Assembly: GCA_002633005.1 (NCBI GenBank)
Contig: NMRA01000013.1
Location: 329,506 to 393,505 of the forward strand
DNA: 64,000 nt
Source of the DNA: Phoronis australis
Taxonomy: Eukaryota > Animalia > Phoronida
Direction: 5' to 3'
Shown: one piece after another, positions 10,995 through 24,500 of the stretch
How the letters are laid out: each line of letters begins with the position of its first letter
Position numbering within the stretch: position 1 is the stretch's first letter
Made by a program: the position numbers and the translations under genes
The notes under the pieces: model-generated
The model's input: only the letters and a program-made list of their open reading frames with translations
What the model was told of the DNA's origin: nothing
The model's database searches: none

Positions 10995-13900
10995 GTGAGC
11001 TAACTTAAGTTCTGATATGACTAAATCTAGTAAACTTTTGAGTTCAGGACGAATTACTGAATGCGTTGTGGGCAATTCTTTAAAAATTAAGGAAAATACG
11101 ATCAGAAATTGTGGGAGGTCGATCTTGGGTATAAACTTGCGAAATGAAGCAAAAAATTTTGCCTGAAGTGGCTGTAGAGTTATATCAATAGTCAAGGAGG
11201 CAGTGTCTCCTAGTGTGATGGGTGTTCGCTTCCTTTACTCAAGGTTGTGTGCTTAGGTCCCACCAGGTCACACTGATAGTCCCTTGAGTCAGGTCTCTAA
11301 CTCTTCAGTTTGGTTTTAACTAATAAAGACAACTTTACTGTAAAATTTAAATGGTGCCAGGTGGTCAGTGCTATGGGCTCACCTGAGCGACGTGGGCACA
11401 TCTGGTACAATGAATGTATACCAGACCTTCTGCAATTATTTTTATATGTTGATGGTCAATTGTTCACAAAAATAATATTTCCGTAACCCAAAAATTGACT
11501 GTTGTTTCCTATATTTAAAGGAAATGTCATCAGGTATTCCGCTGGGTTTTTGAAATGCAAGTTCTCTGGACCGGCTGTTGGATTAAATTCTGGTTCCTGA
11601 AGAAATTCACCATCATTCAAATCTAAGGTGACATTCTCAGATGACAATTAAGGCTATGATGTTTGACCTAAGTGGTTTGGTGCACTCTGACAAGTTCAGT
11701 ATTGCACAAGTTGGAACCTTGAGGCCTCGGCGTGGTCTGAGTTTATTTGTACATGTATCACTCTTAATTGTTTTGACTTGGCAACGGTAGATGGAAGCTC
11801 TCCATACTAACCTGAAAGCCATTGGAGTTGACTGAAAAAATTAAAAATTATGAACACATTATTCAAATAAACACAGGAAGTTGCCACTGGACCAAAATCA
11901 AAACAGCATTACATGTGGCGCCACATTTTGGTTGTAACAATACCTAAATGCGACCATGTAGGTGGTGCTGGTTCAAGATTCCCTAAACGTGTGTTGTTGA
12001 GAGATCTTGCTGAAACTATTATGACATTAAACAAATAGTAAACTACGTAGCATCGGTTTGATTGCTGCTGTTGTGCAATTGAACTCCACTGTCTCGCATC
12101 TGAAATGCCAAAATTCAGTTTCCTAGTTATGTTTGCTCTCAAATGATGATTTCAAGAGAAACAAATACTTAAGATTTGCACCACTGTTGGCTCATGCGTC
12201 AGTAATTGTTGGTCCCAAGGACTGGTGGAAGTAAGAGATTAATAGTCCAGTAAAATGCTGATATCTACCGGTAAACGGAAACACTGCAGGGCAACTGTTT
12301 TTGTTGTAATTTTTGGTAGAATTACAATTTCCGGGGTATCCTTGATAAATATTCAAGTTCATTAAATTCCCATGGGTTCTAATTCACTTTGCATGTGTCA
12401 GCCTAAATCATTCCCTGACATCTATTTTGGACTGTTTGACATCAGATGTGTCATTGTGTATGTCAGCTTTTTACAAGTTTTAATGTTATTTTTTTAAATT
12501 CTATTTGAATCGTAGTTAGTATGTCTGGAAGTTGTTAGGTGCTTGGGTGCAAACATCTTGAGTCCTTGAGGAAGTTCTGTTTTTTGAAGATCAAATTTGC
12601 TGACCTGGGAATTTTTCCTGTTTTGAAAGCTGAATATGAATGCCTCTTTACCAGTATTCAATGGCCAAATGAATTGCTCAATGGATTATCTCACTTCCCA
12701 GTATCTGCATCTGTGTACAGGTCTGCTGATTTGTTTCAGGGATGGGGCTGTGGATACCGGACTCTGCAAACCCTGTGTTCCTGGGTGCACAAGCAGGGAA
12801 TTGGAATAGACCAGCCATCTCCTGTCCCTCCTAGTATAGCAAAGATTCAACAGGCTCTAGTCGACTGTGGAGATAAGCCTTTATCATTTGTGTCTTCTAG
12901 AGAATGGATAGGGAGCTTTGAAGTATTCCTGTGCTTAGACTATTTTTATGGTGTAAGCTATTTCGCCTCAGTTTTCCTGGCTTGTGTAATTCCTTGTGCC
13001 TTAAACCTTTCAAAATGCTATTTCATCAAGTATGTTACGTTGCAACAATTATGGCTTGACAAGCAGAATTACATGTTTGGGGTCAGTGTGTATTCACTAG
13101 TTTGCACGCTTGCCACAGACAAGTAATTTAAGAATGAGCTGAAGAACCAGAGCTAACCTTTCTACTGTTGTAGTTGATGCCTCGATATCCCCAGTGGGTC
13201 ACATGAGACAAATGTGGAATGCATCAGATTTGCTGCTGCCACAAGTCATTCAGGAATTTTCGCAACTTGTCGTGTTGTCTGAATGTTACCTTGCAGCTGA
13301 CCAGAATTTTCAAATGTTTTCTGCAGTTGTTTTTTAACCAAATCCAGACTATCGTCATCTCTTCACAGTGCTAACATGGGGTGACCCAAAAGTAAAGTTC
13401 AGATATAAATGCAACTTGCACGTGGGAATTTGGCACACACATTGTTGTGAAAATGGCTGGTATCAGTTAGCATTTGTCTCGTACAATTAAGCCAGTATTT
13501 AACCTGTGCTTTCTGTCAAAAGTGAAGTTTCGTTTGAGGCCACTTACAATTGTGAAATTGGTCTCAAAATGTCCCTTAGTCAAATCAAATCTGATTTCAA
13601 AGAAACAGTTTGTATTGCTTGAGACCAATCTCATAAAATTTGAGGCCATGCCTTGACCTGAAATTTTATGAGCTTCATCTGACAAAAATAACAGACTGTA
13701 ATTTGTTTTTGTCAGTTTGTAACAACATAATTCCAATTTTGTAATAGTAAGTGTCCTAAATCAAAACTTATTTATTGATAGAAACTACCAGTTTATTGCT
13801 GTAATAAGCCTTAAAAAGTTTGTAAATACCTACAGGTGCCATTACTCCTTACTTTGGGAGGTACATCAAATTGAATGTGGGTTTGTCTGCTTTTACGGTC

Positions 13901-16900
13901 TGAAGTACATACTACTACTACTTGGTGCAGCAAACTGAGATGGTCGAAACCTGCATTTTAAGTAATAGCAAATGCTCGCGTGTGTTTATCATGCAAGTGT
14001 GAAATTATAACATTACTCCTGGATAGCATCTTCCTGGATGTCAGAAATTACAGGGCTATCAATATGGTTGGGGTGCAATTTTATGGAGCACAACAATCAT
14101 TGATTCAGTTCTTTATTATTCATCGACACTTCAGTAACAATCAGTCGTTCTGATCAGCCAGGCTACCGTATCCAAATGCTCATGCACCAAGAACAAAAAC
14201 TATTCACTGTTATTTTAGAATGAATTCACTGAAAAGTTGACGCTCTAAGAACATTTTTAAATGCATACTCCCTCCATGTTCACAGTAATGGCGTAAGAGG
14301 TCAACAGTTTGTTTATTACATCCCAAGTACTTATTATAGATTGCATTATACATTTCTATAGTGATGTGATTGTGAACAGATTAGTATGCGCAATGCTATC
14401 GTGTTGGAATGATTCAAACATGATTTTTTTAGGTTTCTTGTAAATTAGTTCACATCAGCAGTGGAACAGACCTTCACAGCCACATAGAAACAATCAGAGA
14501 TCATTTTTGCACATTTGGAGGCCCTGTTATGATGGGTATGTATGGTTATAGTGCCTTACCTAGCATGCTTTGTGTTGGATTGTTACTCACCTGGCTGTCA
14601 GTGTTGAATTCTTAAACAAAGCGCTGTGGGGATCAAAATCATTACCACGCTTATCCTATCTTGAATTGTTCCTAACCCTTATCCTGCGCTAGGCGAGGTC
14701 AGCCGACAAGCCAATTATCCTACTAAAATGCGCCGGGTGTACTCAATCGCCTATAATAAGCTACGGCTAGACTGCGCAAGGAGGGTGTACTCACCCCAGG
14801 ACACTGGTGTTTTTCATTCAGGAATTGTGAAAGCCCCCTATGCTGTTTATATATGTGAGCATGCGCATTCCACAGTCCATAGTTTCCTGTACATTTTTCT
14901 GATTTACAACATATGGCTGTTGTGAGTTGTTGCCGAGATATTTGAAAGTTTACGCAAGTTTTATCTTGGCTGGTGCCAAACGTGGTAAGATGACTGTTGA
15001 CCAGTTTCTTGAGGAAGTGTTCATCGACTCAGATAGTGAAAACAAGCTGGAATTGGCACTCAAAGTGACGGTGACAGTGACTGGGAAGCTAATACAACAG
15101 TCACAAGTAATGCAGATTCTATCGATTCGGATCTCAGTGCAATTTTGGAGGAGTTACCGGTCCCTGAAGCTGAACTTGGACGGGCCTACGACGATGCTTG
15201 GCTCACGCCCTTCGCGCATGATGGAACTCATTCAGAACTAGATATTTTTGTGACTTTTTCACAGAATAGNNNNNNNNNNNNNNNNNNNNNNNNNNNNNNN
15301 NNNNNNNNNNNNNNNNNNNNNNNNNNNNNNNNNNNNNNNNNNNNNNNNNNNNNNNNNNNNNNNNNNNNNNNNNNNNNNNNNNNNNNNNNNNNNNNNNNNN
15401 NNNNNNNNNNNNNNNNNNNNNNNNNNNNNNNNNNNNNNNNNNNNNNNNNNNNNNNNNNNNNNNNNNNNNACATAGCTTTAACCTAAAGCCACGCTGTCTT
15501 TAAACAAATATTTTGACATGGAGATCTTTGTACATTTTTTGACAGGACAAGTTATATTACCACTTCATTCTTTGTTTTGTGAGACTCCTTTTGGAGTAGA
15601 CGCTTTTTTAATTGAATCAATATCATTGTATGGTTTATTTCAGTAACAGGGCTTGGAATGCCAAATGGCGAAAAACGCGGAAATTTTTCGGCCCGACACA
15701 TGCGTGCAGCCGGCCTTGTAAAAGTCGGTGTGGACCTTTTACAGACAGAAATCGTGAGGACTAAAAAAAAAAAAGGTACCACCTCCGGAAGCGTGCGTCT
15801 GCGTCTGTCTTAGCTCGTCCGCCACTCCCGCCTCCAAACATTTTCGGCTGCAGAGCCGTAGTATTTGACACCGCGGTTTACAATCATACGAGCCGCCATT
15901 GAGGAAATCCACGCTTTTCCCAGATGCCGCGGCAATGTTGACAATTGACGTTCCTCCGAAACATAAAGAGCAACTTCCGCTTTTCGAGGTGAAAGTCGTC
16001 GGCAACGCGGCGGTAAGAAAGAAATTTGCCGCGGAAATTTTATATGAAATCCGATTTTTTTACGCGGAAATATAATAAAATACGCGGAAAGAACATTTGA
16101 AAAAAGCGGAAATCCGTGTTTCCGCGGAAAATTCCAAGCCCTGCAGTAAGATGGGATTTGTGGTCAGATTGATCTTACGAAGAGTGCCATAAAATAGGAT
16201 TACACCGTAGGCACTGTTCTCCACAAGCTGTGTCATAAAAGAGTGCTCGCACCCCTATTGAGTTGCGCCCTCTTTTTACCTTCTATAAATTTGCTTAGCC
16301 AGTTGATGTTTACAGTCAGACTCTTTATATTCTACTGTTTTGTGAGAAACCTATTCTCAAGTATGCTCAGCTGCGTTCAGATTAGCGAAACATGATTTCA
16401 GAATGAAGGAAATAAGGTCATAATTTTCAAAAACTGCTTGGGGTTAAACTACATGTACCAAAAGCCCCTGCTAGTGTGCTCCAGTGTTCTTCTGTCCTCT
16501 TTTTAATTGTGGGAAGTGAAGAACCAAGGCTGGTCAGTGAAGAACCTGCAAAAGAGGACATTACTTATTCACTATTCTACAAGGGGTCAAACTATGTAGA
16601 AAAAAAACTTGCTGCTGTGAAAGACTTGATTTAGATTACTTCCTGTGCTCTTAGCATGTTCCTTATCGAGGTTATAAGTGGTTTATGAGTTTGGGAAGAA
16701 CTGCTAGTTCATTACTGGTCGCGGCTGTATTCAGCAAATTTAAATATGACCCACCAGGTCAACCGCATCTTTTATGGTAATAATAATTTTTATTTGACTA
16801 GGTAAAAATTAGTGGACTATTGTAAAATGTGACTTAAAAATTAAATTTTTTGACAGAATGTGGAGTTCATCTCAGTCTACAATAACCATATTACTACGAG

Positions 16901-17389
16901 TCAGTAAGAAATGATTAGAGAATTGGACAATTAGGTGAGCCGGACTCGCCATTGTCACATTGAGAACAGCTTCTTGCAAGAGAATCTCTGCTGCAATAAC
17001 AGAAAATCACCTCAACGCATGCTGTGTTCATGAGACAGGTCCTGGACAGCACGTCATAAGGACCATACTGTGGGAAGTGGGCTGCTTTTTGAGTGCCAGG
17101 TGTTTTTGCACACACTAGAGTTGGCTTGCTCATTAAATGCATTTTATGGCCTTGTTTTGCAGGAGGCGACAGCGATGCTGCATCTAAGGGAATTCTGGGA
17201 ATTACAACAAGCAAAGATGGTTCCACCTTTTTACTTGTGTTAGATCCACACTACAAGGGAAGCATAGCTGATGCGACACTGCTCATAAATGAAGGGTGGT
17301 TGTCGTGGAGACGACTGGACACTTTTATGGAGAACTCGTTCTATAACCTATGTTTAATGCAGTGCAAAGCATCAGAGACATACAGTTGA
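10866..17389 (+). CDS. UFSP1: UFM1-specific peptidase 1 (peptidase C78), full gene, 223 aa
   Basis: Exons 10866-10994, 12740-12952, 14433-14535 and 17163-17389, all GT-AG with phases 0/0/1. Motifs: YYHYGCDG, catalytic [24 protein letters not shown] and DPH. GCGYR, GGDxDxxSKG and the lack of a long N-domain indicate UFSP1 rather than UFSP2. Confidence 0.92.
11195..11428 (+). mobile_element. tRNA-derived SINE, copy 1 (CORE-like body)
   Basis: Colinear with 19471-19710 (tcctttactcaaggttgtg ... tgagtc ... tctggtacaatg). The tRNA head is decayed. Confidence 0.6.
12740..12952 (+). CDS. UFSP1: UFSP1 exon 2 (catalytic Cys)
   Basis: tttcag|[18 protein letters not shown]...[16 protein letters not shown]|gtaagc. 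Confidence 0.93.
14433..14535 (+). CDS. UFSP1: UFSP1 exon 3 (missed by the ORF track)
   Basis: ttttag|[34 protein letters not shown]+g|gtatgt. Confidence 0.9.
14673..15269 (+). mobile_element. Possible piggyBac-like remnant running into an assembly gap
   Basis: Starts taaccctt and is CpG-rich against CpG-poor flanks. A frameshifted acidic peptide ([17 protein letters not shown]...DGDSDWEA...EELPVPEAE) resembles transposase N-termini. No catalytic domain is visible. Confidence 0.35.
15647..16143 (+). mobile_element. Young hAT-like MITE with 6-bp TSD, copy 1
   Basis: TIR cagggcttggaat / attccaagccctg; TSD CAGTAA; repeated cgcggaaa motifs. Near-identical to 24753-25250. Confidence 0.85.
17163..17389 (+). 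CDS. UFSP1: UFSP1 exon 4 (Asp-Pro-His box, stop)
   Basis: ttgcag|GA GGC GAC; LVLDPHY...SFYNLCL, ending in TGA. AATAAA at 17470-17475. Confidence 0.92.
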
Positions 17390-17639
17390 CAAAAGATATG
17401 ATGGGGGTAGAAATATTATTTATTCAATATGTAATATAACAGTTTCAATTCTTTCGTGTTTACAAATTTAATAAAATGTTAAATGTGGGTGGGTGGACGG
17501 AGGATAATTAAATTATTATACATTATGTTAAACTAAACTGGAAGGAAAAAGAAAACCACTAACTAGGAGGCAAAATGTTATCCTAAGTATTCATGACAGC
17601 CGTACAATTTATGTAAAGGGGATGGCAGTAAAAAGATTC

Positions 17640-18832
17640 AACAAGAGCAATGCAGATTGTTGAAATGCGCATATGAATCTACTACTGGTGTGCTTCTAGG
17701 GGTGTTTCTTTGTATCATAAAAATGGCCACTAGATGGCGCAAAATACATCAAATCTATCCGAAACAGGAACATGTTATCATTTCTTTAATTGAAAGCTAT
17801 TTATCAAACTTCATAAAAATCCAAGGAACTTCGGAAAAACAGTGGAAAACAAAAAAAAATGAAATTGCTACTGTGGGCACAGCGTTCGTCGCCGTGTCTG
17901 AAAGTCTTTGTCGTTCTTTGTCAACTTCGTACAAATACACTTGTTAAGTTTAATGAAGATCCTGCAGTTGGTTTAGGAGATACAGCTACGGCTCAAAAAA
18001 TTAAAAGTGCAACTAGGAGGCACCACAGCAGTCAATGTTGTTGGAAAATTATCGTCAACTGTCCTCTTCAGATTAAGAACGTGTATGCCAATTTTCATAA
18101 TCGTCCTTGGAGTGGTTTGGTTGATAGAAGGGTGGACGACAAAACAGCAAAAATGGCCACTCGATGAAGCAATGTTCAATCCATCCAAAAATGGGAACAT
18201 GTCATCATATCCAAAATTCCATAACAATCCGTCAACGAACTTCAGAGAAACAGAGGAATACAGAAAAAAAACGAAATTGCCACTAGGGTACGCAGCATTC
18301 TTCCGATCCGTCTGAACGTTGTCCTTTGTTGTCAACTTCATATAAATACACTTGCTACATTTAAAAAAACTGCCACTAGGAGGCGCCACAGTAATCAAAG
18401 TCGTCTAAATTCATCGTCAGCCGTCCACTTCACGGCAAGAACATACATGCTAATTTTCACAATCATCTTTTGAGTGGTTTGGTTGATAGAGGGGCGGACG
18501 CCATAAAACTGACTCAAAAACAGTAAAATCGGCCACTAGGTGGCGCAAAATAACTGAAAACGGGACGATAGCATCATCTTACTAATTGATGCCTAAGTGC
18601 CACCACATTTCATGAAATGAAAGACCTTTGAAGATAGAGAGGTAAAAAGCTAAAATTGCCACTCGGGGGGAGGGGGGGGGGCACACCAGTAGTCGGATCT
18701 GACTGAAATTCGCTGTCATTGGTTGTCAGCTTCATAGCAATACATCTGTAAAATCTCGTCAAGATCCTAGCAGAGGTTTAGGAGATACAGCTGCGGACAA
18801 CTGACCCACATATAAATATGTGGGCACAAAAA
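17640..18832 (-). mobile_element. Helentron-associated element (HINE), diverged copy
   Basis: Both ends match the 46749-48773 element in reverse: aacaagagcaatgcagattgttgaaatgcgc at 17640 and ccacatataaatatgtgggcacaaaaaa at 18806. It has the same core repeats. Confidence 0.8.
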
Positions 18833-19470
18833 ACTATGTATGAGTAGAAAGGTCAAAAGCAACATGACACTGTGAACTTGAACATGACTTAGGGCGAAAC
18901 TGTACATGAAACTAAATGAGCGACTTCAAACCAAGCAAAGGTGAAGCTAGACATTCATATACTACTAACATAAAAACAAGGCATCCTTTTAACAAAATGG
19001 CATAACTAGCACTCTACTTACATTGTGCATTTCCTGTTCAGACTATACATCACAGAGTAACATAATATGATTACTGAACCACAATAATGAGGAAAGTGAT
19101 TCCGAAATAAGCGAGCAAAGATATGTGAGCCTGATTTGCTTAAAGACGAGACCAATATAATCTCGAAAAAGGACATGAAATATTAATCAACGTTCTAATG
19201 TACACAGCCAGATAAGAGCATACACATCTGACAAACACTTGGACTCTCATTCTACAAAAATGCTAATTGATAGCCACAGAGTTCAAAACTACCAAATATC
19301 TAACTCTACCAATAAGTCTGCCCAAGTTGATAGAGTTTCGGTGTTAAAATACGTCTAGTTTACCGTAAAAATATCATTTGCTCTAAAAATAGGTTACAAC
19401 TGTACAATTATGTCTGAAGTTTGTACATGTATGACACCTGAGTTAGCACTTAAACTTATGTAGACATTAA

Positions 19471-19710
19471 GGGAGGGAGTGGGGCTTAATGGGATATGTG
19501 TCCACGTCCTTTACTCAAGGTTGTGGATTCAAGTCCCACTAAGGCATGCTTCGAGACCTTTGAGTCTGGTAGCTAACTACTCAGCTCGGATTGAACGATA
19601 CATTAATAAAGCATAAAATTGTTCCACTGAGGTGATCAGTGCAATGGACCCACAAGAGCGACCGTGTGTGCACGTCTGGTACAATGTGTACCGGACCGGC
19701 AATAAAAAAT
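19471..19710 (+). mobile_element. tRNA-derived SINE, copy 2
   Basis: B-box-like ggattcaagtccc, CORE-like cctttgagtctggtagctaactactcag, 3' hairpin tctggtaca..tgtaccgga and an A-rich tail. Confidence 0.6.
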
Positions 19711-21352
19711 ATGAAGGACCTAATCGACAAGCCATATATCAGTAAAAGTATTTCACGAAAAAAGAAAGTTTGCAGATTTTGATTTTTGATTATAATTACA
19801 ATCTGCCATTGACTAAGTCACGTGAGCAATCCCATATCTTTTTACTAAACTTTAGCAAAGCAAGAGAGATGCATTCATAGCAAAACAACAGAACCAATAA
19901 CAAGACCAACTACGGTTTGATATACATTAAATAATCTGAATGAAATCTTAAAAGCACTGTTACAATTTTCTAAATTCTTATCATTTTCGCTTCAGGCAAC
20001 TTATGAGTTTTTTCAGGAGTCTCATTTTTGTAACAGCTCCTCGCACAAAACGAAATCCTTACAGCATTTTGGAGAACGGTGTATGAAACATAGTATTTGA
20101 AAGTTTCATAAGAATCTGGTCAGCCATTTCCGAGACACAATACTCCTAAGTCCGTCACATTAGGACTTGTTGACGGTTCTACATTACACTGAGCAGATCA
20201 TGCAGATGTATCCAATCAGACAAGAAACTTAATGACAGCCAGGCCTAAATCAAAATTATTTTCTCAAAAGGCGTATGGTTATTGCTATATCACCTCTTGC
20301 TAATGTATAATTCCAAATGTTAGATTTTACAATGGATTACTACAAAGTAAAACCAGGGTAAACCCAACAGCATTAGGAATGATGCTTGGCTCAATACATG
20401 AACCGGCAAGATGGCATTTAAACACTTAAAGGAAAACAACCTCTTATCAATAAAAAGCCATTATATAAAACATTATTTTAAGAAAGACACTAATCATTGA
20501 AACAGTTTCTGAACTTTCAGAAAATGATTTTTAAAAGGACAAGTTCAACAAGGAAACAAATACTTTAACACAACATGATTGCATTGACACAACAAAAAGG
20601 CCATCTTAAAAGACCCAGGTAGTTATAACAGCTACATGTTGTATAGTATAACATTCAATGCCATTTTCAAGGTAAAATAACCTTTAACTAAAAGTGACAT
20701 TAAAACCCTGCTTTCTATCAAAAAGATTGGAATTTGAGTCAATTAGGTGTACCACGGCAATATTCATTTTATCTCATTCCTTACTCGGTTAAGAAGTGAT
20801 ACCTCACCTCGAAAAGAACTAACTGTCCATTATTTATTCAGACACGGTTTTACGTGAAATTTTATGAGCTTGGTCTGAAGAAATTATGAGCTGTGAGTTC
20901 TTTTTAAGTGGTCTAAATGACAAGTTGGTTCCTGCTGCTTTAAGTCCCACTCATTGCAAAGTTCTAAAGACCAGTACACCTCAACACAGATGACACAAGA
21001 GTGGTTTGAATACTTTTACAACCAACTGCAACTTCTTTAATTAACCGAGCAGGACACCTGTGAGACATTTGAGCATGGAGAAAAAACACCCAACAAACAT
21101 ACATCTGGAATGATGAATCAGCCAATTCTACTGACAATTTTTCATATATAAATGGTAAAATAATGTCCAGTGTAGAACGCTATATAGCAGAATGCTTTCC
21201 AATTTGAAATCACAGTTCTTTTCAAGATGAGTGTCTCCTAACTGTACCATGTAAGGGTCAATAACATACACCACCTTGTATTACCATTATTGCAGTGTTA
21301 AGATTGAGTATTCAAACATCCACTATAGACTATTCTTTATGGTGGACAGTCA

Positions 21353-21512
21353 TCAATACTCCGGCAGAGGTATGTCTTTCACAGAGTTGATACCACGGAT
21401 CAAATCAGCTGCTTTCTCTGCGATCATGATTGTAGGTGCGTTGAGGTTGCCTGATACTATAGATGGCATTATTGATGAATCGACGACTCGTAAATTGCGA
21501 ACACCTCTTACT
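21353..21512 (-). CDS. GMC oxidoreductase exon 10
   Basis: [38 protein letters not shown], ending in TGA. Confidence 0.93.
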
Positions 21513-24500
21513 CTGAAACAAATACGACAACCAAGTTTTGAGAATGACACGGTGAAAATCATATTTTGTTTTTAGTTATTAACGTCATGATCTAAAAAGT
21601 AAATGTAATATTTTGCTTGATTTTGTCTTAAGTTGTTGCATTCAGATTTTAATGACAAATTGAGCTGATCAAAACTAATGTAGGTGACCCAACACAATGA
21701 TAGCAATATGGTGTCTAGCATATAATGAAAATACAGACATGGTGTCTAGCATATAATGAAAATACAGATCCCAACTGCGGATTTATATGCCTTTGGAAAC
21801 CGAAATGCACTCGGCCATTTAGAACCAATTGTTTAATGCTATGCAACTTGAGTGCAAAATGCTGTCCATCAAAAATCGAATCGAAAAAGGACAGGAAATC
21901 CCATCATGACCCACAAAGTGACTCATAGATTTGACACCCCGTGTTCAATTGACATGCTGAGATGCGTTTTTGTAAAATGATGCCTGCTGCAACTGTTATG
22001 TTGTCTGTTTGCCTATGGACAACAACATGGAGTTGGGTAGAACAGAAATGGATCCTGTATCAGAAAGTCTGACATTTACTTTCATGAGCAGAAAAACAAA
22101 ATCATTATGTATTAAGAAACACAAAGATTTATTCTGACCAGAGCAAGAACATGACCAAATACAAAATGCACGGTTAATGGTCTAATCTTAAAGTACTCGT
22201 ATACAAGCAGTGCAGTTTTAAAGTGCTTAAAACCACCAATTCCATGTCAAAACACCACAGAAGAACCCCACCAGTCGATCAGGTGTTGAATTAGAACACC
22301 CACAAACACTATCTAACGATATCTTAATTAGTTGACCTTGACTTAGAGGCAGTTATTCTAAGTAGAATTGCAACAACCAATCACAGCCTTTTTCACCCCT
22401 TACTGTATTTAGAATGAAAAGTCATCTGGTATTGCTGCTTAGTTTCCTGTGGTTTATGGTACAATACAAAATAGTAAGGGCTTGTGTTTGTGGGGGCTGC
22501 AGCAACTCAGTATTTCAGCGTGCTGTAGCTAACTTTCCCGCGGTACATCCGAGAAGTGCGGATATGGCACAAATTTAAGAAACTTGCATGTTCGTGGACA
22601 TGACACACTGGCGCTGGGCGAGTTCATGCATCACAATATACCTGTGGATTTAATTAATTTTCAATTAATCAAAAGTCGTTTTTCTTCTATTTTCTTGTAT
22701 TTGGGATTACTCACGGTTGTGACACGCAGTGCTACGAAGGATGGCCTAGGAATGTAGTCAAAAGAACTTAGAAAGTAAATAGTGGTTTTTAAAAGCACTT
22801 TATAAATAAGAAAAGAGTCAACGAGTCCCTGTTTGTCACTCAAACTTGTGGTAGCACTGAACATTTAGGCTGTAGACACAGGGCATTTTCTAGTCCCTAG
22901 AATTTATGTACAGGAGGGCGTATGTCAGGTTTGGCGAGTGGTTTGAGGAATTTGTTGAATGAGAAAAACCGAGTCTTTTTAGCCGTGACCCACTTTCCAT
23001 GCAAAATGGTGGCTGTTATTTGCTTTCAACCCTTGTCACCTACTGTCCGAGAAACTGGGTGTAATTTCAGGTGGCTGTCAGGCAGATCAAAATTGCCAAA
23101 AAAGTAGCTGGTAAGGGGCATACTATGACCACATTTTTAGAATCTAGAGAGTACGAGCATTCTGAATCTGTAGTCGGATTTTTCCTACCACTTGCAAGAA
23201 TGTGGTAATTTTGGGGAGAAAACTGTCAAATTTGGTGTTTCTTGGTAATATTTTTGTGTGCCGAGATTTTTTCCGATGTGAATTAACCGATTAAAAGTCT
23301 GTAGCATAGTTAAGTTTCAGTTATCATGAGTAGTGCTTGTGAGTTGTTTTTTTCAGACTGTCGATTAGCACGTGAGGAACAGGCCTATCTCTACTTCTGT
23401 ATGCTGTAATACCTGTAGTGTGCGCCTGTCCTCTCACCTTAACTGAGGGTCAACCACAGCATTGGGATCATTGGCTCGGCCCATCCTGCATGTACTTGAA
23501 GGGTGGTAAATACTGTTGGCCATTTGTCTCACGTAACACCGCAGATAATCGTCGCTGAACAATGCAAATTCGACACAGGCTTTGTGCGGCGCATGAGCTA
23601 CTCTAGTACCAAGGCTGGCCAATGAGGGGGCGCTACCATACTTCAGTGCCAATTTGACACCTACAAAAGATTATACACAATGTTTAATCAAAATGAAAGT
23701 AGGGCTGTATTCATATTCAAAACTAAATCTGAAATTTAGTTTAAAATCCAATGTTTACAAAAGTTAAGCACAAACAATTTTGTATTACATGCTTTGACTT
23801 CTGGAAAAATGACATTATACAGGTAAGCAAAATTCAGAATTTTTCCACAAATGCTAGCCATCCCTGTTTAAAGATAGTGAGGCAATCTCACAGAGGTTAT
23901 TTTTTTCGATACAGTAGTTTTCAATCTAAAACAAGACAGACTTAGAGACAAAACTCTGCCAAATTTGAATAAACATCTTGCCAGAATTATTTAGTAGTCT
24001 TGTCAAACTTTTGTCGCAATCTTTTTTCAAGCTTTTGGCAGAGTTTAATGTGACATTATTGCCCTCAGTATCCACCGATTTTTATTTACGCAGTGGACTT
24101 GTCCAGTAAGTTCTGGTGATTTCAACAATGTGGATGATGTAATACCCGCCGAGATTTAGCAAGACTATTTTAAAGAGATCCTAGGTACTATTTAGTCAAG
24201 GTTTTGCAGGGTTAGAATTTGTCAAATTTCAACATTGGCCAATTTGTCTTGAAAACTATTGTACCCACTGACCTTCAGCAATGACCTTGACATCATCTGG
24301 GTGGTCCAAGTAATTAGGGTCAATGAGAGGTGAGTCGAGTGGGTCAGAACTACGGAGACGAACAGTTCCGCGACTTTTGGGATGAAGAAGAATGGTGAAG
24401 ATTATGAACCCCTCCAGCGACCATGACTTAACACACTCTTGTATGTACTGGAAGAAATTCATGATAAAGTTTAATTTTCTCATTGTTACACTTTCCATGT

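Noticed and set aside
17387-17401. Stop-codon readthrough or selenocysteine at UFSP1 TGA-C
   Set aside because: The next in-frame stop comes three codons later, and I recognised no SECIS.
23620-23640. CTCF-like gagggggcgcta match
   Set aside because: A single partial match inside a coding exon, explained by the codons.
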